This document shows positions 33,985-37,587 of a stretch of 37,587 bases of DNA, one piece after another. The notes beneath the pieces are model-generated. The model saw only the letters and a list, made by a program, of their open reading frames with translations, did no database searches and was not told the DNA's origin. Position numbers and translations under genes: made by a program. How positions within the stretch are numbered: the stretch's first letter is position 1; each line of letters opens with the position of its first letter. The stretch is from a virus. The stretch is taken from positions 1 to 37,587 of the IMG/VR virus record IMGVR_UViG_3300048591_000798; one strand, written 5' to 3'.

Positions 33985-35181
33985 CTATTGGAGTTCTTTA
34001 CCAAGCTTACCATGAGCCTTAATTGCTGGCAATACATTGACCGTTGTTCCATGAAAAGCGGTGCCACATTTTGTAGTAGCAAACACGGTCAGCCTCTTGG
34101 TGATTCTTGGCACATAATTGATCTGTGCCGTGAGTGGCTTACCGTTGTTATCAAAAGAGGGATCTGCGACCCAAGTATAAGTGTGTCCGGGACGCGCCTT
34201 TGTACCCATCACAATCCTCTGTCCTGCCCTTACACTGATGACATCGGGATACCCGGTGTAGGCAAAAGGCTGTGGCTGGCATCCTGGATCTGGCTTTGGA
34301 TCTGGGCCTGGAGGCGGTGGAGGGGGTGGGTTTGGCTCAGAGTCTTCGGCCACAACGTAGTTCGCCCAAGCGCCGATGCCATTAGCTTTAAACGAGATAT
34401 GGCCCCAGCCATTGATTCCCCAGCCAGTACCCCAGCTATTGCGCATGATCCAATATCCATCGCCGTTATTGTCATTCCAGCCTACTATGTTTACTGCATG
34501 ATTGAGATCCCTGAAACCTGTGTCTCTGAAGATGCCACCACGATAATTTTGTAGGGCGTCATCTACAGCTATACCAACTCCCAATGGACCGTAGGTCATC
34601 AAGGCTCGTTTCAGCCCATCAACATCATTTCCAGCATTGTCGCCACCAGGCAGATAAGCCCAGTTTTTGATCGCCCATTTGTAGCTTAATCCCGATTTAC
34701 ACTGGGAATCAGTTCCGGTATAAGGGTAATCGATCTCTAAAATTGATCCCTTCGGTTTCATCATGTAGTTGTACGCGAAGAACCCTCCGTTGCAACCCCA
34801 GCCTTCATTGTTACACGAAACCAAATACTGCTCTGAAAGATCTTCTTTCCCACCCTTAAAAATTCTTCGCACATCTTCAAAAGTAGCAACCGAGCTGTAA
34901 CTCCAACAAGAGCCGCACCCGCCTTGGTTGCGAATTGGCATCAATTCGGCCTTTGTTCTCCAATCGAAGGCTGATGGAAGGGTTTCCCCAACACGAAGCT
35001 TTGGGGCCTCTTTTACGTTCGTAGGTTTGAAGTTTGGGGGGATCTTAAGACCTGTTGCGTAGGGTCCAGCACCGCCACCCGATAAGACTGGATCTGCGTT
35101 AACAACGACACTGTTTGACGCCTCGTGCGAGCAAGCTGCGAAAGCCGCTATGAGCGCAAGGGGCAAAAAGAACTTCTTCAT
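33985..35181 (-). CDS. Lipoprotein papain-family (C1) cysteine protease with Pro-rich linker and ~100-aa C-terminal domain
   Basis: MKKFFLPLALIAAFAAC lipobox-like signal. Catalytic set NQGGCGSCWSYS (Gln, Cys), LNHAVNIVGW (His), NSWG (Asn). The ATG overlaps the amidase stop as ATGA, with GGAGGA RBS. Confidence 0.8.
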   Translation of the reverse strand: MKKFFLPLALIAAFAACSHEASNSVVVNADPVLSGGGAGPYATGLKIPPNFKPTNVKEAPKLRVGETLPSAFDWRTKAELMPIRNQGGCGSCWSYSSVATFEDVRRIFKGGKEDLSEQYLVSCNNEGWGCNGGFFAYNYMMKPKGSILEIDYPYTGTDSQCKSGLSYKWAIKNWAYLPGGDNAGNDVDGLKRALMTYGPLGVGIAVDDALQNYRGGIFRDTGFRDLNHAVNIVGWNDNNGDGYWIMRNSWGTGWGINGWGHISFKANGIGAWANYVVAEDSEPNPPPPPPPGPDPKPDPGCQPQPFAYTGYPDVISVRAGQRIVMGTKARPGHTYTWVADPSFDNNGKPLTAQINYVPRITKRLTVFATTKCGTAFHGTTVNVLPAIKAHGKLGKELQ

Positions 35182-35648
35182 CGATATTCCTCCGTATTGT
35201 ATTTCTCTTTGGCAGCATACCATAACTGGGTGTTTTCATCATACTTCCACATTTTGATTAAATCGAAATTAGGGCAAGTTTTGTAAATATTGTAGTAGTT
35301 ATGCGGCAAGACGTTCTTGCCGAGGATACGGTACCTGTCCATGAAGCGTTTCACGACGCCCCAGAGGGCCACAAATTGCTCTTCCGTGAACTTTTTATTG
35401 CCCGAGACACATATGCCTATGGAGTTTTTATTATGGCCCTGACAGTGAGCGCCAACCTTGTCCAGTGGGCGACCGTTGAACACCCTGCCGCGCTTGTCGA
35501 TAAAGATGTGATAGCCAATGTCCGACCAGCCTTTATCAAGATGCATTTTCCTGATCGCTTCGACGTTATCCAGATCTGGATTATCTGTTGCGCTGCAGTG
35601 GATAATAATCTCTTTTATGTCCGAAAGTTCACGGTTTGCTACCACCAT
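35178..35648 (-). CDS. N-acetylmuramoyl-L-alanine amidase, T7-lysozyme type (endolysin)
   Basis: IIIHCSAT...GWSDIGYHIFI...GAHCQGHNKNSIGICVSGN...CPNFD closely parallels T7 gp3.5. Confidence 0.85.
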   Translation of the reverse strand: MVVANRELSDIKEIIIHCSATDNPDLDNVEAIRKMHLDKGWSDIGYHIFIDKRGRVFNGRPLDKVGAHCQGHNKNSIGICVSGNKKFTEEQFVALWGVVKRFMDRYRILGKNVLPHNYYNIYKTCPNFDLIKMWKYDENTQLWYAAKEKYNTEEYR

Positions 35649-35719
35649 TCAAATCGATCTCCCAGAGGTCACAAATCTGCGCTTTTTCGCGCTCACAAAA
35701 CATGAAATATTTGCACTTG

Positions 35720-35959
35720 TCACAGCTTTTGAAGTTCTGCAATTTCAAACTCTCCCATAACTTCTTCAAGTGGATCAAAAGCCTCTGCTGCGACTGCTTT
35801 TGCGTAGCATTTTACGCGCTTTTTTGAGTCCTTAATCTCTCGATTATAACCCGCAACAAGTTCCTTTTTTTCCTCTGTTTGTTTCTCGATATGATTTGTG
35901 ATTTGGACGATCTTTTTACTCAAAAATTCGATCTGTTTTTGATTCATTTTTCTCACCAT
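35720..35959 (-). CDS. Coiled-coil small protein (79 aa), first gene of the hydrolase island
   Basis: ORF with alternative ATG five codons in; no TM segment. Confidence 0.5.
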   Translation of the reverse strand: MVRKMNQKQIEFLSKKIVQITNHIEKQTEEKKELVAGYNREIKDSKKRVKCYAKAVAAEAFDPLEEVMGEFEIAELQKL

Positions 35960-35983
35960 GGTTAGCTATTTTTTTATATGATG

Positions 35984-36012
35984 AGAGTAGCGAGTTTTTG
36001 GTAGGGGTGCAA
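35984..36012 (-). promoter_or_regulatory. Promoter candidate TTGCAC-N17-TACTCT for the hydrolase island
   Basis: Read on the - strand; a TATAAA box also lies at 35973..35978. Confidence 0.3.
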
Positions 36013-36017
36013 TGCTT

Positions 36018-36055
36018 AAAAAAATAGCAGTTCAACATGATGACTTGAACTGCTA
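36018..36055 (-). terminator. Strong leftward intrinsic terminator (11-bp stem, 9-nt loop, T7)
   Basis: TAGCAGTTCAA/TTGAACTGCTA arms; - strand followed by TTTTTTT. Confidence 0.6.
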
Positions 36056-36202
36056 ATCAACCCAAACAGACGCCACGAATTCAAAAGAATTTTTGACAGT
36101 TGTTTTTGGCACCATAACACAACAAATTTTTATTGACTAGAGGTGCATATTGAGAGTACCAAGAAGCGGTAGTAATTTTCTCTTTCCTCTGAAAATAAAA
36201 AA

Positions 36203-36233
36203 GCACCGCTCTCAATTTGCGATGCCTTTTTTT
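36203..36233. terminator. Hairpin flanked by an A-run and T7 in the rep leader (attenuator or bidirectional terminator)
   Basis: GCACCGC/GCGATGC (one mismatch), 9-nt loop, then C-TTTTTTT; preceded by AAAATAAAAAA. Confidence 0.4.
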
Positions 36234-36373
36234 AGCCCAGTTGCCTCGACAAAGTGACTTGGGCCAGTCGTTAGAGTGATTTTTTGTAACTAACCATGTC
36301 TACACCCCCAGCACGACGCTTGAAACATAGCTTTTCGTGCTGGCGATTGCAAGGCCATTTTAAAGGGAAAGCT

Positions 36374-37240
36374 ATGTCTATTGTTAAAACTACAAATTCT
36401 ACCCATGAAAAAAAATCAGTAAAAAAATCAGATATCTTCGACCCTTTCGCTGGTGGTAGGTTTTTGATGGCTATTGCTGAAAATCAAAACCTAACTGCCG
36501 ATGAGACGCTGATTTTATTGATTATAGGGTCTCATCAAGACTTCAATGATTTCTTGCACTCAAAACGGTACATGACCATTGAGAGAATCGCTTTTTTAGC
36601 TAAACGCACAGAAAGATGGATCAAGAAATGTCTAAGGTCATTAGAGCAAAAAGGCTACTTGATCACTGAAGAGTGTTTTAGAAAAAGCGGTAAGCAGTTA
36701 GCTAACAACTATTCGTTATCAGACATAATTTTTACAGACGCGCACCAAAATTGGCTGTCGAGTAGGGGTGAATACAGTTCACCCCACAAAGTGACGGAGG
36801 GTGAATACAGTTCACCCCCAGGGGTGAATACAGTTCACCCCCAGATCCCTAATAAAGAGGTCCCTAATATTAAAAAAGGTAAATCTAAAGATTTACCTAA
36901 AAAGGGAATTACTCAGAATAAAAAGTGGGAATTAAGGCAATGCCAGGACATGGGGATCGATGTTTTTACTCCCGACGCCGATCAGCAGGGAAGAATTCCT
37001 AACCCTGGGAGGAGAGCTATCGAGCTTCATATGTCTGAGATGCACCAAAGATACGGCTACCAAGCCGTAAAGCTCTTTATTGATGATCTCAAGGATCAAG
37101 GTCTAAGGGGTAAAGCTCTTTTCAACAGGGGCAAGATTGATAATGCTGTGAAAGCCGCTTTTGAGTTTCTGCAGCAAAAAAACTCTGAGGCAATATCTGA
37201 GTCCTCTCAAAGAATTCAAGACCAACCAATACCATTTTAA
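36374..37240 (+). CDS. Replication initiator (winged-helix N-terminal domain, lambda O-like organisation)
   Basis: The ATG at 36374 follows AAAGGGAAA. The N-terminal half shows an HTH pattern (TIERIAFLAKRTERWIKKCLRSLEQKGYLI). Iterons and an AT-rich tract lie in the linker. Confidence 0.65.
   Translation: MSIVKTTNSTHEKKSVKKSDIFDPFAGGRFLMAIAENQNLTADETLILLIIGSHQDFNDFLHSKRYMTIERIAFLAKRTERWIKKCLRSLEQKGYLITEECFRKSGKQLANNYSLSDIIFTDAHQNWLSSRGEYSSPHKVTEGEYSSPPGVNTVHPQIPNKEVPNIKKGKSKDLPKKGITQNKKWELRQCQDMGIDVFTPDADQQGRIPNPGRRAIELHMSEMHQRYGYQAVKLFIDDLKDQGLRGKALFNRGKIDNAVKAAFEFLQQKNSEAISESSQRIQDQPIPF
36765..36842. repeat. Three iterons GGGGTGAATACAGTTCACCCC, each an inverted repeat GGTGAA-N5-TTCACC
   Basis: Copies at 36765..36785, 36799..36819 and 36821..36842, read directly. 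Confidence 0.85.
36765..36935. other. Putative origin of replication (iterons plus adjacent AT-rich tract with TCCCTAATA x2)
   Basis: Iterons are followed by an AT-rich ~90 nt; TCCCTAATA at 36846 and 36861; the layout parallels lambda ori inside gene O. Confidence 0.55.
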
Positions 37241-37295
37241 CGATTTTAAAGAACAATGCCTAAAAGTCATAGTAACCGCATATCATGGAGTATTT

Positions 37296-37587
37296 ATGCG
37301 TCAATTAAGTCAACTTGAGTACAATTTAGCTTTATCGATTGTTACAAAATTTTATCGTGACATTGAGTTATTTACAAATTTAGAAGCAGCAATTGGCATG
37401 AGCTGGGAGGAGTCTAGGTTTTGGGAAGCTAACCTAGATTTGGTATCAGAACTGCTCTTATTCCTTGGAATTGATAAAGAAAAGTTCGTCACTACATTGT
37501 TGATCGGATATAACCATGATAACGGTAAACGATCTCATGGAAAGGCTAAAGACTTTCTTGACGATCTTCTAAGTCGTTTAAATATCA
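37296..37587 (+). CDS. Hypothetical protein (102 aa when the circle is closed; continues at 128..144)
   Basis: ATG 6 nt after GGAG; open to the window end; completed by nt 128..144. Confidence 0.55.
   Translation, partial: MRQLSQLEYNLALSIVTKFYRDIELFTNLEAAIGMSWEESRFWEANLDLVSELLLFLGIDKEKFVTTLLIGYNHDNGKRSHGKAKDFLDDLLSRLNI
37461..37587. repeat. Terminal direct repeat copy 2 (identical to 1..127)
   Basis: Read directly; lies inside the ORF that starts at 37296. Confidence 0.95.

Noticed and set aside
33988-34554. 188-aa + strand ORF
   Set aside because: It is antisense to the cysteine protease gene, whose catalytic motifs establish the - strand as coding.
36093-36121. TTGACA box as the initiator-gene promoter
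   Set aside because: The -35 is exact, but no acceptable -10 lies at 16-18 nt (best TAACAC). It is used only as context in the leader finding.
36296-36373. Upstream start for the initiator gene
   Set aside because: It has no SD. The extension STPPARRLKHSFSCWRLQGHFKGKA looks non-protein-like. The ATG at 36374 has a purine-rich RBS.
36765-36842. Iterons as a CRISPR array or protein tandem repeat
   Set aside because: There are only three copies, with spacers of 13 nt and 1 nt, and no cas genes. The third copy is read in a different frame, so this is a DNA-level binding-site array.
37461-37587. 127-bp direct terminal repeat as a physical T7-like DTR
   Set aside because: The repeat lies inside an ORF that needs the junction to reach its stop codon. 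Its length also equals a common assembler k-mer, so a circular-assembly overlap is the simpler explanation.

Overview
The window is a closed, apparently complete genome of a tailed dsDNA phage. Its first and last 127 bp are identical, and an ORF reads through the junction, so the unique length is about 37,460 bp. I recognise about 60 genes in alternating transcription blocks.

(1) Rightward early/replication genes run 36374 -> junction -> 4198. They encode a winged-helix replication initiator with lambda-style iterons inside its own gene, a RecT/Redbeta-type annealing protein, a Fis-type HTH protein, several tiny membrane peptides and a vWA/MIDAS protein. A non-canonical tRNA-like gene follows.

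(2) A long leftward late operon runs 30097 -> 4465. It encodes small and large terminase, portal, scaffold, major capsid (with its own promoter and terminator) and two fibre/receptor-binding proteins. These are followed by an Acb2/Tad1-like small protein, tail adaptor/nozzle-like proteins, four large low-complexity ejection-type proteins and small membrane proteins. No tape measure, sheath or tube genes were recognised, so the virion looks podovirus-like.

(3) A second rightward early block of small genes runs 30288 -> 32792. It includes a MazG-like protein, an AT-hook protein and acidic proteins.

(4) A leftward island runs 35959 -> 32794. It encodes a T7-lysozyme-type amidase translationally coupled to a lipoprotein papain-family cysteine protease, then a secreted Cys-rich HExxH metalloprotease and an SNase-fold nuclease. 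This exported-hydrolase island is the most unusual content.

I recognised no integrase, repressor, DNA/RNA polymerase, CRISPR array or reverse transcriptase. All functional calls rest on motifs read by eye and on gene order; no database search was possible.
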